A DNA stretch of 64,000 bases from a virus (lineage: Duplodnaviria; Heunggongvirae; Uroviricota; Caudoviricetes). Below the pieces are notes generated by a model, which was given only the letters and a program-made list of their open reading frames with translations, was not told the DNA's origin and searched no databases. Position numbers and translations under genes: made by a program. Below are positions 17,876 through 26,728 of this stretch, piece by piece (within the stretch, counting starts at the first letter, position 1; every line of letters begins with the position of its first letter). The stretch covers positions 15,666 through 79,665 of the IMG/VR virus record IMGVR_UViG_3300031998_000029; one strand, given 5' to 3'.

Positions 17876-18162
17876 TGGAAATTAAAGAAGCAATAGAATT
17901 GCTGGACAATCTGCTTGGGATGATTGAAGACAACCATGGCAACGATTATGACGAGGCTCTTCACATGGCAATCTCCGCGCTGGAGAAGCAAGCGCCGAAA
18001 AAACCGATAGGAGCAAAAAGATTTGCAGATTTGTATCTTGGTTTTTGCCCATCTTGTGGGGAAGGCAACTATTCAGAGTACGGCTTCTGCGGTAAATGTG
18101 GACAGGCTACCGACTGGGCGGAGGCGGCTGACGATGAAAGTATGTTTGAAAAGGAAGGCTGA
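17875..18162 (+). CDS. Zn-ribbon protein
   Basis: ATG 17875; CPSCGEG...CGKCGQ. Confidence 0.55.
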   Translation: MEIKEAIELLDNLLGMIEDNHGNDYDEALHMAISALEKQAPKKPIGAKRFADLYLGFCPSCGEGNYSEYGFCGKCGQATDWAEAADDESMFEKEG

Positions 18163-18164
18163 GA

Positions 18165-18293
18165 ATGACTGAATATGTCGAAGTATTGAGCGATATTGCA
18201 TACAGGATGGTCTGTCTTAGTGCAGAGTTAGGATTTATCGGTTTTGTACTTTTGTTATTACTATTGTTTAAGAACATGGGGGGCAAGAAGTAA
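18165..18293 (+). CDS. small hydrophobic peptide (42 aa)
   Basis: ATG after aaggaaggctgag; FIGFVLLLLLLF TM segment. Confidence 0.3.
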   Translation: MTEYVEVLSDIAYRMVCLSAELGFIGFVLLLLLLFKNMGGKK

Positions 18294-18294
18294 A

Positions 18295-18810
18295 ATGAAG
18301 AAAAAGTTTGTCAAAGGTACTTTTGAGCTTGATGTAGGCGTAACGGACTTGTCCGAATACGAAGAAAAGCACAGACAAATAATTACCAGATTGTTAAAGT
18401 GGGCTGAGTTTTTTGATGTGGCGATAATTTTGAGGACTTCAAATGATAATCATTATCTTTGTGAATATATGATTACCGGAGAAACGGCAAAATATTGTCT
18501 CAGTTTATATTCAGAGCTAAAGCAGATGTTAAAATCTGATTTCCCAAAATTTGAGACCTTATGGCAGGGCAGCGGCGACATCCTTTATATCCTAGATGAT
18601 ATGAAAGATCAGAACAAAAGGGGTGTAAATATGAGCAACTACGAAAGAGGGCGTTGGGATATGTTTGAGCTCCTGTCTTCAATCTGCTATGACAAACAGA
18701 TGTATTTTTTACAGGATGACGGCAGCGTTTATTCCAGATTATCAGGAGATTATTTATCGAGAGATAACGCAATTAAAGAATTTTGTGATTTACAGCACTG
18801 GAATTGGTAA
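18295..18810 (+). CDS. hypothetical protein
   Basis: ATG 18295 MKKKFVKGTF...; listed ORF 18244.. extended. Confidence 0.55.
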   Translation: MKKKFVKGTFELDVGVTDLSEYEEKHRQIITRLLKWAEFFDVAIILRTSNDNHYLCEYMITGETAKYCLSLYSELKQMLKSDFPKFETLWQGSGDILYILDDMKDQNKRGVNMSNYERGRWDMFELLSSICYDKQMYFLQDDGSVYSRLSGDYLSRDNAIKEFCDLQHWNW

Positions 18811-18856
18811 TATAAATGTGGTTTGAATACTGATTGAAATCATAGGTGAATAAAGT

Positions 18857-19033
18857 ATGACAAAACGTGAGATTAGCGAATGGATTGAAGCGCATGATGC
18901 GCAGAATTGGAGTGTAGACGAAATAGCTAAAGGGATTGTTTTAGATACCATCAATAATACATCCTTTGCAGAAGATACTTACCCCGGACTAAAAGATCAG
19001 TTAATTCACATGGTAATTAATTGGCACGATTAA
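18857..19033 (+). CDS. hypothetical small protein (58 aa)
   Basis: ATG after ggtgaataaagt; below ORF-track cutoff. Confidence 0.35.
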   Translation: MTKREISEWIEAHDAQNWSVDEIAKGIVLDTINNTSFAEDTYPGLKDQLIHMVINWHD

Positions 19034-19139
19034 AAATCAAATGGAGTTTTTGTGAAACTTATAGACAAGATTTGTTAAGCGCGGTTTGGGAGTGCATAAC
19101 CACATACATGGAAATGTAAGTCAAAAAGGGGGTCAAAGG

Positions 19140-19598
19140 ATGTTACATATAATCGAGGGTGATATTTTACTTTCAGATGCAGCGGCAATTTGTCATCAGG
19201 TTAATTGTCAAAACGTGATGGGTTCTGGCGTTGCTAAAGAACTCTATATAAAATGGCCGGAGGTCAAACAAAGGTATCATGAGTTCTGCAAAGGCAAAAA
19301 TCCGTATGATTTACTTGGCAAAGTTCAAGTCGTTGAACTTGACGAGTTCCCGGCCGGCAACAAGGTTGTTATAAACATCTTCGGGCAGCTTAATTTTGGA
19401 CGTCAGAAAGTTTGTTATACCGACTATAGCGCCCTTGATGAAGCATTCCAGAACCTTAACCGCCTCTGTGCCACTAAAAAAATAGCACTTCCCTACGGAT
19501 TCGGATGCGGTCTTGCCGGTGGAAATTGGAAGACAGTTGAGCGAATAATGCTAAAGCGCCTTTGGCTGCCCGAAGTATACATATATATGAAAGAGTAG
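19140..19598 (+). CDS. Macro domain protein (ADP-ribose binding / ADP-ribosyl hydrolase-like)
   Basis: ATG 19140 after aaagggggtcaaagg; MLHIIEGDILLSDAAAICHQVNCQNVMGSGVAKEL matches the macro-domain N-terminal signature. Confidence 0.7.
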   Translation: MLHIIEGDILLSDAAAICHQVNCQNVMGSGVAKELYIKWPEVKQRYHEFCKGKNPYDLLGKVQVVELDEFPAGNKVVINIFGQLNFGRQKVCYTDYSALDEAFQNLNRLCATKKIALPYGFGCGLAGGNWKTVERIMLKRLWLPEVYIYMKE

Positions 19599-19731
19599 AG
19601 TTTATGCCCGCCGAAATCTGCGGATTGCCGGTGAAAGACAGCCATTGCGGTGGTGTCACGAGTAGAGATGCGTTTTGAAAGTGTTTATTGCGAAAGGCGA
19701 AATCACTTATTAATTATAATGGAGGCGTTCT

Positions 19732-19935
19732 ATGAAAATCATTAAGATCGGCGACCCGTCTCGCCTGAAACAAATTAAACGATTCACCTGTAAACAGTGC
19801 GGCTGCATATTTGAAGCCGGTAAAGAAGAGTATAATTCCGGAATGCAGTATAACGAGATTTACTACATGTGTCGTTGTCCGACATGCGGGCGCACGGCAT
19901 ATAAGGGAGAAGGCGATGGTGACGATGAAGATTGA
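19732..19935 (+). CDS. Zn-ribbon protein
   Basis: CKQCGC...CRCPTCGR; RBS aatggagg. Confidence 0.5.
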   Translation: MKIIKIGDPSRLKQIKRFTCKQCGCIFEAGKEEYNSGMQYNEIYYMCRCPTCGRTAYKGEGDGDDED

Positions 19936-20104
19936 AATTGTGTCAGGTGTTGAAGGTTCTTGTCTGGTTGTAAATAATACCAGAATTTCCGGCCCGAAAC
20001 CGTGGGGAGGAGGAACGGTAATACATACGTGGGATCTTACACCGAAAGAAGTTGAAGAGCTTGCAAAAATATGTAACGAAACACTATCACATATGAAAGC
20101 GTGA
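19917..20104 (+). CDS. hypothetical small protein
   Basis: ATG overlapping previous stop; listed ORF 19811..20104. Confidence 0.4.
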
Positions 20105-20105
20105 T

Positions 20106-20387
20106 TTGATTATGGATATTATTATTAAAGACAGAGCTCATGGCAAAACTTCCGACCTTGTAAGGTCTTCCGCATACACCGGAATACCTATCGTGTGCCC
20201 AAGACCAGATTATATAAAAGATTGCGCGGAACAGCTCGGCATAGAGATTCCGGAGCCGATTCCGTATTACCAGTATGTCAATAAGTTGACATCTGCAAAG
20301 AAGGTTTATATTGACGAGCTTGATTTCTTTATCAGATATGCATTCGGTTCTGACGTTGAGTGCGTAACGATATCTCGAAACGAATAA
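20106..20387 (+). CDS. hypothetical protein
   Basis: ORF track. Confidence 0.5.
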   Translation: MIMDIIIKDRAHGKTSDLVRSSAYTGIPIVCPRPDYIKDCAEQLGIEIPEPIPYYQYVNKLTSAKKVYIDELDFFIRYAFGSDVECVTISRNE

Positions 20388-20443
20388 AGCAACGAGTGGT
20401 GTTCGCAAAAATGAAAAAACAAAATCCACGGATGCGCTGGGGC

Positions 20444-20486
20444 TCAATGGGTTTAAGCTAGTTTGATGAAAAACTATAGTGTACAT
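20444..20486 (+). promoter_or_regulatory. Conserved promoter-like motif (second copy of GCTCAATGGGTYT..TTTGATGA..CTATAGTGTA)
   Basis: Near-identical ~45 nt motif at 11689-11727 upstream of ORF 11796; here upstream of the iscS-like gene; TATAGT -10-like hexamer. Confidence 0.45.
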
Positions 20487-20499
20487 TTCTTTGGTGGTG

Positions 20500-21666
20500 A
20501 TGAAAATGATTTATTTAGATAACGCGGCAACGACCCAAATAGACCCGGAGGTTTTGGACGCTATGATGCCGTACCTGACCGACCAATACGGAAACGCGGG
20601 TACGCTGTACGAACTCGGCAGAAATGCTAAATCGGCAATAGACCGTGCGAGAGCGCAGGTCGCGGAGTTTGTCGGCGCCGCACCCGAACAGATAATCTTT
20701 ACTTCCGGCGGAACGGAAGCAAATAACATGGTGTTCTTTTCTCTGCGTGACTTTTTGAAAAAATCCAAAAAGACTCACATAATCTCGGCATACAACGAAC
20801 ACGACTCTGTTTTCGGAGCTGTGAGGGCGCTGTGCATGAAAGAAGATTTTTATTCTACTCTTTTACTTCCTGACTCACGAGGAGTAATCGACCCTGCGAA
20901 CCTACATAAATCCATACTCGACGACACCGGGCTTGTCTCAATAATGTATATGAACAATGAGACAGGCTCTGAAAACGACGTGTCTGAGATATCAAGGATT
21001 TGTTCGCAGAAAGATATACTATTCCATACGGACTGTGTACAGGCTGCGGGTAGCTGTGTGCTTAATGCAAAGGAAATCGGCTGTGATTTTATGTCTGTTT
21101 CTTCTCATAAAATACACGGCCCGAAGGGTGTGGGAGCTTTGTTTGTAAAGGACGCAAAGTATATCGCTCCAATGATATATGGCGGATCGGTTCAGGAATT
21201 TGGATTAAGGGGCGGAACCGAAAACGTTGCAGGAATAGTCGGATTTGGTAAGGCGTGTGAGCTCATGTCCAAACAGATCCACGAGATTGACATCCATAAC
21301 TCGGTGCTGAAGCAGCTTTTCTACTCAAATCTAAAGAACGAGCTTTCTGAGTACGGACTGGAGGACATACTGCACATCAACGGGGACACAGTGGTCAAGC
21401 ATGGGAAAACGATTAATGTCAGGTTTGACGATGTGGACGGAGAAACTCTGCTGGTGTTCCTTGACGCAAGGGGTGTCTGCGTTTCTTCGGGTTCTGCATG
21501 CAACAGCCATGAGTCCACTCCCAGTAGAGTGCTTTTATCTATGGGTATAGACCCGGAAGATGCCAGGAACTCAATCAGGGTATCGTTTTCAAAGTTCAAT
21601 ACAGAACACGAAGTGATGGAGGCTGCGGAAGTGGTCGCTTTGTGCGTAAGGATGCTGCATATATGA
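20500..21666 (+). CDS. iscS: cysteine desulfurase (NifS/IscS family, PLP-dependent class V aminotransferase)
   Basis: IYLDNAATTQ...FTSGGTEANN...SVSSHKIHGPKGVGALFV PLP-lysine motif. Confidence 0.85.
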   Translation: MKMIYLDNAATTQIDPEVLDAMMPYLTDQYGNAGTLYELGRNAKSAIDRARAQVAEFVGAAPEQIIFTSGGTEANNMVFFSLRDFLKKSKKTHIISAYNEHDSVFGAVRALCMKEDFYSTLLLPDSRGVIDPANLHKSILDDTGLVSIMYMNNETGSENDVSEISRICSQKDILFHTDCVQAAGSCVLNAKEIGCDFMSVSSHKIHGPKGVGALFVKDAKYIAPMIYGGSVQEFGLRGGTENVAGIVGFGKACELMSKQIHEIDIHNSVLKQLFYSNLKNELSEYGLEDILHINGDTVVKHGKTINVRFDDVDGETLLVFLDARGVCVSSGSACNSHESTPSRVLLSMGIDPEDARNSIRVSFSKFNTEHEVMEAAEVVALCVRMLHI

Positions 21667-21881
21667 AGATAAAGTATCCCAAAAACGAAACTGTCTGGCT
21701 GTCATACGCCAATAAAAAAGGAGAAACAATTTATATTCTTACCAGCAAGCCGGACAGAGACTATTACTTCCTTTACGAAGTAGACGCTCAAAGCGGAGAT
21801 ACTAAGAAACTCGGAAGGGCAAAATCTCCTATTGAGCTTGAGAACAAATTCGATGTAATATCCCACATGAACAGCAAATAA
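21642..21881 (+). CDS. hypothetical protein
   Basis: ORF track; overlaps upstream stop. Confidence 0.45.
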   Translation: MRKDAAYMKIKYPKNETVWLSYANKKGETIYILTSKPDRDYYFLYEVDAQSGDTKKLGRAKSPIELENKFDVISHMNSK

Positions 21882-21885
21882 AAAA

Positions 21886-21921
21886 TTCCCGACAAAAAAT
21901 AGTCGGGAATTTTCATCTTTT
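21886..21921 (+). terminator. Rho-independent terminator
   Basis: aattcccgac-aaaaaatag-tcgggaatt followed by ttcatctttt. Confidence 0.65.
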
Positions 21922-21987
21922 ATTTTGTATTTCCTTGCAATAGCATTTCTCAATAGTGTAAAATATATTTAAGAGAGGGGATGTATC

Positions 21988-22383
21988 ATGAGAAACGACT
22001 ATGACTTTGACACAGATTATATGTCCGAAGAAGAAATCGAGAGTTTGATTAACGAGGATGTCGATGAACTTGCTAAAGCTATCGAAATTGACGAAAGCAG
22101 AACTTCCATAATCAATCCTGCAAGGCTTAAAGAAATTCAAATCTCGTATAGCATCTTAAAACGAATAGCAAAATCAAAGGGCGTAAGAATTAAATGCGAT
22201 CTTTTCGAACCGTTTAACAGCGTTGGATGTATCTCTGTTATAGGTGAAGACATAATAATTAATCAACCTAAATGGTTTAATTATGTTTCAAATCTTGCGT
22301 CTAACATCGAAGTATATCCAAAAACAAATGGCACAGTTCAAATAAACTTTACATTTCATGGACTCACTAAACCTATAGAGTAA
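21988..22383 (+). CDS. hypothetical protein
   Basis: ORF track; RBS agagagggg. Confidence 0.55.
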   Translation: MRNDYDFDTDYMSEEEIESLINEDVDELAKAIEIDESRTSIINPARLKEIQISYSILKRIAKSKGVRIKCDLFEPFNSVGCISVIGEDIIINQPKWFNYVSNLASNIEVYPKTNGTVQINFTFHGLTKPIE

Positions 22384-22395
22384 AAGGAGAATATA

Positions 22396-22755
22396 ATGGG
22401 ACGAATTAACAGCTTTGATATAGTCAAGATGGTAACAGACGAAGCAAGTAAACAGTTCGGTCGTGCGTGGACTGTCAATAAAGACAAAGAGTCTGAGTTA
22501 AATGATGCTTGTAAGCGTATAGATGAGTTTGCGGAGAGGATAGACGCCGAGACTATAGAAGTAGAAGTTGATGACATCTCAATGGATATCATAATTTCTG
22601 TCTGTTGTTCGGATTTAATTGTAGACGAAAAAGACGATGTATTTTACGACATAGCTAAAAAATCCAAGGCGATGTTCTTTAGATGCGGAGAATTGAAAGA
22701 TACTTTAGATGTAGGTTTTATATTTTCGAAGATATGGGAAAGGTATCACGGATAA
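22396..22755 (+). CDS. hypothetical protein
   Basis: ORF track; RBS aaaggag. Confidence 0.55.
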   Translation: MGRINSFDIVKMVTDEASKQFGRAWTVNKDKESELNDACKRIDEFAERIDAETIEVEVDDISMDIIISVCCSDLIVDEKDDVFYDIAKKSKAMFFRCGELKDTLDVGFIFSKIWERYHG

Positions 22756-22756
22756 T

Positions 22757-22987
22757 ATGAACGACAGACGAAGAGCATTGTTAAAAAAAGCGATTGCCGC
22801 TCTTAATACTGCAGAGCAGTACATATCTACCGCGCTCGATCAGGAGCAGGAGTGTCTTGACAATCTTCCGGAGAACCTTGAGTCAAGCGAGAGATACGAA
22901 AAAATGGAATCTGCAGTCGAGAGTCTCGAAGAAGCGCTGGAAGATATCGACAACACCAGAACAAAAATAGAAGAAGCATCTGAATAG
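22757..22987 (+). CDS. acidic coiled-coil protein
   Basis: ORF track; ATAATG overlap. Confidence 0.5.
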   Translation: MNDRRRALLKKAIAALNTAEQYISTALDQEQECLDNLPENLESSERYEKMESAVESLEEALEDIDNTRTKIEEASE

Positions 22988-23018
22988 CAAATAAACTATA
23001 GAAATATAGGGGGCGGGA

Positions 23019-23624
23019 TTGATGTTGGATATTATGCTCGGTATCGCTCTTTGGGGAGTTGCTGGTGCTATATCAAAGAAGCAGGCGAGAGATGAAAAAA
23101 TCCGAAAGATGAAAGAAGAAAAGCGCAACGCTTACTTAGAAGAAATGACCAAGAACTTCCGTGCTTCAAAAGAGCTTGAGACAGAAGTGGAAGACTATAT
23201 AAGAAGCGGAAAGAATGTGTATGATATATATGAGACAATAGAAGATAATCTCTTAGAGGTTTTTGGGATCGAATATCCTAAACAATTCATGCTGCCCGGT
23301 ATAAAGGGATATCCGAGATATATGAGCGATGATCCTCAAAACCCGTTTTATTGGACAAAACATCTTTTGCTTTCTAAACAGGGAAAGATTGCTCAAAATG
23401 AATTTTACTCTGGGTTTCCTATTTCAAAAGGCGAGAACAAAGATTTATGCATAAAGATGGGTCGGCAAATAGAGCGAAACTTAATGAGCAACAACACGGG
23501 ACTAAGACTTATACTTAAGCCGGATTTTTCTTTTGGAGGAGCTCCAATTTATAATCCGGAAGGCAGCAAGATGATTCTTGATTTTTGGGCAAACACAACA
23601 GATCCAGAATGGAGGTTATGGTAA
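23019..23624 (+). CDS. membrane-anchored hypothetical protein (convergent with repressor)
   Basis: N-terminal MMLDIMLGIALWGVAGAI TM; RBS agggggcgggattg. Confidence 0.55.
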   Translation: MMLDIMLGIALWGVAGAISKKQARDEKIRKMKEEKRNAYLEEMTKNFRASKELETEVEDYIRSGKNVYDIYETIEDNLLEVFGIEYPKQFMLPGIKGYPRYMSDDPQNPFYWTKHLLLSKQGKIAQNEFYSGFPISKGENKDLCIKMGRQIERNLMSNNTGLRLILKPDFSFGGAPIYNPEGSKMILDFWANTTDPEWRLW

Positions 23625-23641
23625 GTCATTTTCATCCCGTC

Positions 23642-24439
23642 TTATTCGCCACAGACGAAGTAGTCCGGGGTAGATATTTTCTTCTCTAATATTACCCTGC
23701 CTAGACACCTGACAGATATATTACTATCTGCTCCGATGTATACATTCGTTTCTTTAAGCAAAGGGTTAGACGAAATCAAGGAAAGGTTTCTTGACGAGTC
23801 GATATAGTATTGCTTGCAATACATTGCTCCGTCGACATCAAATATTCCAACGTCCCCGATATTCATCGGGGCATTTTTCTCGACATACACGATATCTCCG
23901 TCGGATATATACGGAAGCATGCTGTCGCCCTGAATTCTTACGGCAAAATTCGCAGTTTCCGGGATACCGTTGTCGAAGGGGATCATTTCGAACTCATCGT
24001 TTTCCAAAGGAAAAGACGCGCCGGCAGCAGACGGTGTAGAATAGAGTGGTATGTATCTGCGAGTATCAGACTTTTTCCCTTTCGTCGAAGTCTTAAAGTC
24101 ACCCCTCTTTTTTTCAAGAGAGCAGACGGAGCTCACAATTTGTTTGCCCAACCTGTCCAGCAGTCTGTAGTCAAATAATAGTCTCAGTTCGTCTGTTGTT
24201 AATGACAGTTCGTCAAATCCATTGTTCTCTATGCCAAGAATATCGTCAACAGATACACCAAATACATGAGACAATGAGACCAGAGCGTCCAAAGACGGTT
24301 TCTTGGCGGCGGATTCCCAGTTTCTTATCGTAACAACAGACACACCGACCTTTCGACTGAGCTCATGCTGTGTCATTGAGGCGCGTTCTCTTAACATCCT
24401 GATTCTGTTACTCAACGTCATTTTGTTATTATCTCCCAA
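23642..24439 (-). CDS. CI/LexA-like phage repressor (XRE-family HTH + S24 peptidase domain)
   Basis: HTH QHELSRKVGVSVVTIRNWES; C-terminal GDSMLPYISDGDIVYVE with Ser and downstream YCKQYY Lys dyad. Confidence 0.85.
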   Translation of the reverse strand: MGDNNKMTLSNRIRMLRERASMTQHELSRKVGVSVVTIRNWESAAKKPSLDALVSLSHVFGVSVDDILGIENNGFDELSLTTDELRLLFDYRLLDRLGKQIVSSVCSLEKKRGDFKTSTKGKKSDTRRYIPLYSTPSAAGASFPLENDEFEMIPFDNGIPETANFAVRIQGDSMLPYISDGDIVYVEKNAPMNIGDVGIFDVDGAMYCKQYYIDSSRNLSLISSNPLLKETNVYIGADSNISVRCLGRVILEKKISTPDYFVCGE

Positions 24440-24725
24440 TAATTTATGATTGATTCTGCATTGACAAAATGATATGTATTATGTTATAGTTAGATAACAA
24501 AAGTTTCTGTAACAAACATTAACATAAACTGTTGTTTATGTCAAGAGTTACCATTAATTATAAGGAGGTTCATAAAATAAAAAAAAGACCGGGGCACATT
24601 TCTGCACCCCGGAGAGAGGAAAAGAGTTGTATTACTACAACCCCGGGGTTTATGTACACACACCCAAAACATAAACCCTATTGTAGTATAACATACTCTC
24701 CGTAAAAAATCAACGGAGGTATAAT
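24440..24725. promoter_or_regulatory. Lysogeny switch region: divergent promoters and operator-like inverted repeats
   Basis: ttgacaaaatgatatgtattatgttatagt (-35 TTGACA, 17 nt, -10-like), gttat...ataac half-sites, acaaaca...tgtttat inverted repeat, ccccgggg palindromes, between the repressor (-) and rightward operon (+). Confidence 0.6.
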
Positions 24726-25043
24726 GTGAAAATTTTATCTTTATCAGAATTCAAAGTTTTCTGCGACAAACAGGGCTATACACAGTACATCTACGACACT
24801 ACCAATCAATCATGGAAATCGAAGCTGTTTACATATAACGAGGTTTCAAGATATAATAAGGTGCAAGTATTACTATATCCGTATTATTATATCGGATTTA
24901 AGGGGCAGTCAAGCAGCATTTGTTTCAAATCGGTGAAGTATATTAGAATCCACGATGAAATAATAGGCACCGTTTTCGATATAGTATGCGGAGTTGAACA
25001 CGACCCCACAAGGGAAGTTGTGTATACTATGATCGCTGATTAA
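24726..25043 (+). CDS. hypothetical protein
   Basis: GTG start after aacggaggtataat; first gene of rightward operon. Confidence 0.45.
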   Translation: MKILSLSEFKVFCDKQGYTQYIYDTTNQSWKSKLFTYNEVSRYNKVQVLLYPYYYIGFKGQSSSICFKSVKYIRIHDEIIGTVFDIVCGVEHDPTREVVYTMIAD

Positions 25044-25136
25044 AAAAAATTTTTTATCATAATTTAAAATTTCCTTCTGTAAGCGGTTTTCTTATGTTAT
25101 AATATACTTATAACAGCAACGGAAGGAGCATATTAC

Positions 25137-25568
25137 TTGGACAGCAATTGCAGACACCCGAAAATAGGAGAAATCTATCTTATGCGCTTCGGCGGAAGCG
25201 GCAGCGAGCAGAGCGGATTGAGACCCGGGCTTGTTTTCCAGAACAATACGGGAAATCTCCACAGTCCGAACATAATTGCGCTGCCGCTGACAAGCGCCAT
25301 CAAAAAGACAGAGCAGCCTACCCATGTACTCATACCGTCCGACGAAACCGGGCTTCTTAAAGACAGCATTGTTCTCTGTGAAAACCCGGAAAGAATGTCT
25401 AAGGATAAGATCGGCGCTTACATAACGACGATCCCGGATAAGTATATGGGCGATGTCGCCGCAGCCAGTATAATTGCGTCTTCTGCAATTTCTTTCTTAG
25501 ATCAGGAGACACTTATAGACTTATGGCGCAAAGCGGTTTCTCTCAACGCAGTTCGAAAAACTGCGTGA
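25137..25568 (+). CDS. MazF/PemK-family toxin-like protein (CcdB/MazF fold)
   Basis: TTG start after ggaagga and a TGtTATAAT extended -10; KIGEIYLMRFGGSGSEQSGLRPGLVFQNN...IIALPLTSAIKK...VLIP matches the MazF/PemK N-terminal pattern. Confidence 0.55.
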   Translation: MDSNCRHPKIGEIYLMRFGGSGSEQSGLRPGLVFQNNTGNLHSPNIIALPLTSAIKKTEQPTHVLIPSDETGLLKDSIVLCENPERMSKDKIGAYITTIPDKYMGDVAAASIIASSAISFLDQETLIDLWRKAVSLNAVRKTA

Positions 25569-25591
25569 TACATATAAAAAGGAGGGCTGTT

Positions 25592-26539
25592 ATGTATAAT
25601 GCTGTTTTAAAAGAGGAGTTTATAAAAACCCAAACAAGTGTCTCCGTAAGAACCGCATATAAACATCTGTTTGAAGCCATAGAGAAATTTGAAAGAGAGT
25701 GGGGCGCAGATATCTGCACAAGAACGCCGGAGGAACTCAGACCGGTAATGGATGATATATTGGGTGTGACCAGATACGGCAACAGAATGAGAACCGGTCT
25801 CTTAAAAAAGTACGCTTTATGGTGTATGGAAAACAATGTCCCCGGGGCTTGCAAGGGCGTTTTTGAAGTCGATCTGTCAAACGTAAGTAAGATGCGGACA
25901 CAGACCGTTAAAAACCCCGCACACCTGCAAGCTTATCTTAACGTCCTGTTTGGCCCGGAAAAAGACGAAGGAACAGACAACGCATTAAGATGCTTTTTCT
26001 GGCTTGCCTACGGAGGATTGCTTGAAGAAGATGCCATCAAGGTAACAGCAAAAGATGTAGACCTTGTGAATATGGTGTTTAGATTCAACGGTGAAGAGTA
26101 TCCCATATACAGAGAGGCGGTACCGTGTTTTAGGAACTGTGCGACGTTGACTCAGTTTGCTTTAAAATACCGTAACGGAACCGTATATAAAGACAGATGC
26201 CTCGGAGACAGTTTGTTAAGGCGTACCTCCTTTCCAGATAAGGATATAGTAGGAATAAGATCTCAGGTTTCAAAAGCAGTCACTACAGCATATAAGTCCG
26301 GCAAAACCGATATATGTCTGAGCTACTTTAAGGCGTGGCTGTCCGGAGTGTTTTATCGGACATACATTGCCGAGAGTATGGGCATAGCTCCGGACTTTAC
26401 AAACCCGGTCGCAAAACTGATGCAGAACATATCATACTCTCTGGATAACACAAGGGCGTCCATTAGCTCGTACCGAAATTATAAGGCAAAATGGTACTTA
26501 AACGATTATGAACAATGGAAAACAACGCTGATAGTATAA
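25592..26539 (+). CDS. hypothetical protein; degenerate tyrosine-recombinase-like fold (box I Arg replaced)
   Basis: NALRCFFWLAYGGLLEEDAIKVTAKDVDL resembles integrase box I but TG-R is GG-L; no HxxR box II. Confidence 0.3.
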   Translation: MYNAVLKEEFIKTQTSVSVRTAYKHLFEAIEKFEREWGADICTRTPEELRPVMDDILGVTRYGNRMRTGLLKKYALWCMENNVPGACKGVFEVDLSNVSKMRTQTVKNPAHLQAYLNVLFGPEKDEGTDNALRCFFWLAYGGLLEEDAIKVTAKDVDLVNMVFRFNGEEYPIYREAVPCFRNCATLTQFALKYRNGTVYKDRCLGDSLLRRTSFPDKDIVGIRSQVSKAVTTAYKSGKTDICLSYFKAWLSGVFYRTYIAESMGIAPDFTNPVAKLMQNISYSLDNTRASISSYRNYKAKWYLNDYEQWKTTLIV

Positions 26540-26624
26540 TCTAATCCTTGACAATCAGGAGCCTGCACAGACAGGCTTCTTATTTTGATTTTAAAATATT
26601 ATTTTAACCCATGTTATAATATAT

Positions 26625-26699
26625 CGGGATGTCGCCAAGCGGTAAGGCACGGGATTTTGGCTCCCGCATTCGTCGGTTCGAACCCGACCATCCCAGCCA
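26625..26699 (+). tRNA. tRNA-Gln (anticodon TTG) with C1:A72 mismatch
   Basis: Close to Firmicutes tRNA-Gln: D gcc-aagcggtaa-ggc, AC cggga-ttttggc-tcccg, T gtcgg-ttcgaac-ccgac, acceptor cgggatg/catccca, G73, CCA encoded; preceded by tataat. Confidence 0.75.
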
Positions 26700-26728
26700 A
26701 GGCATAGCCTACAAAAGAATAGAAAGGG

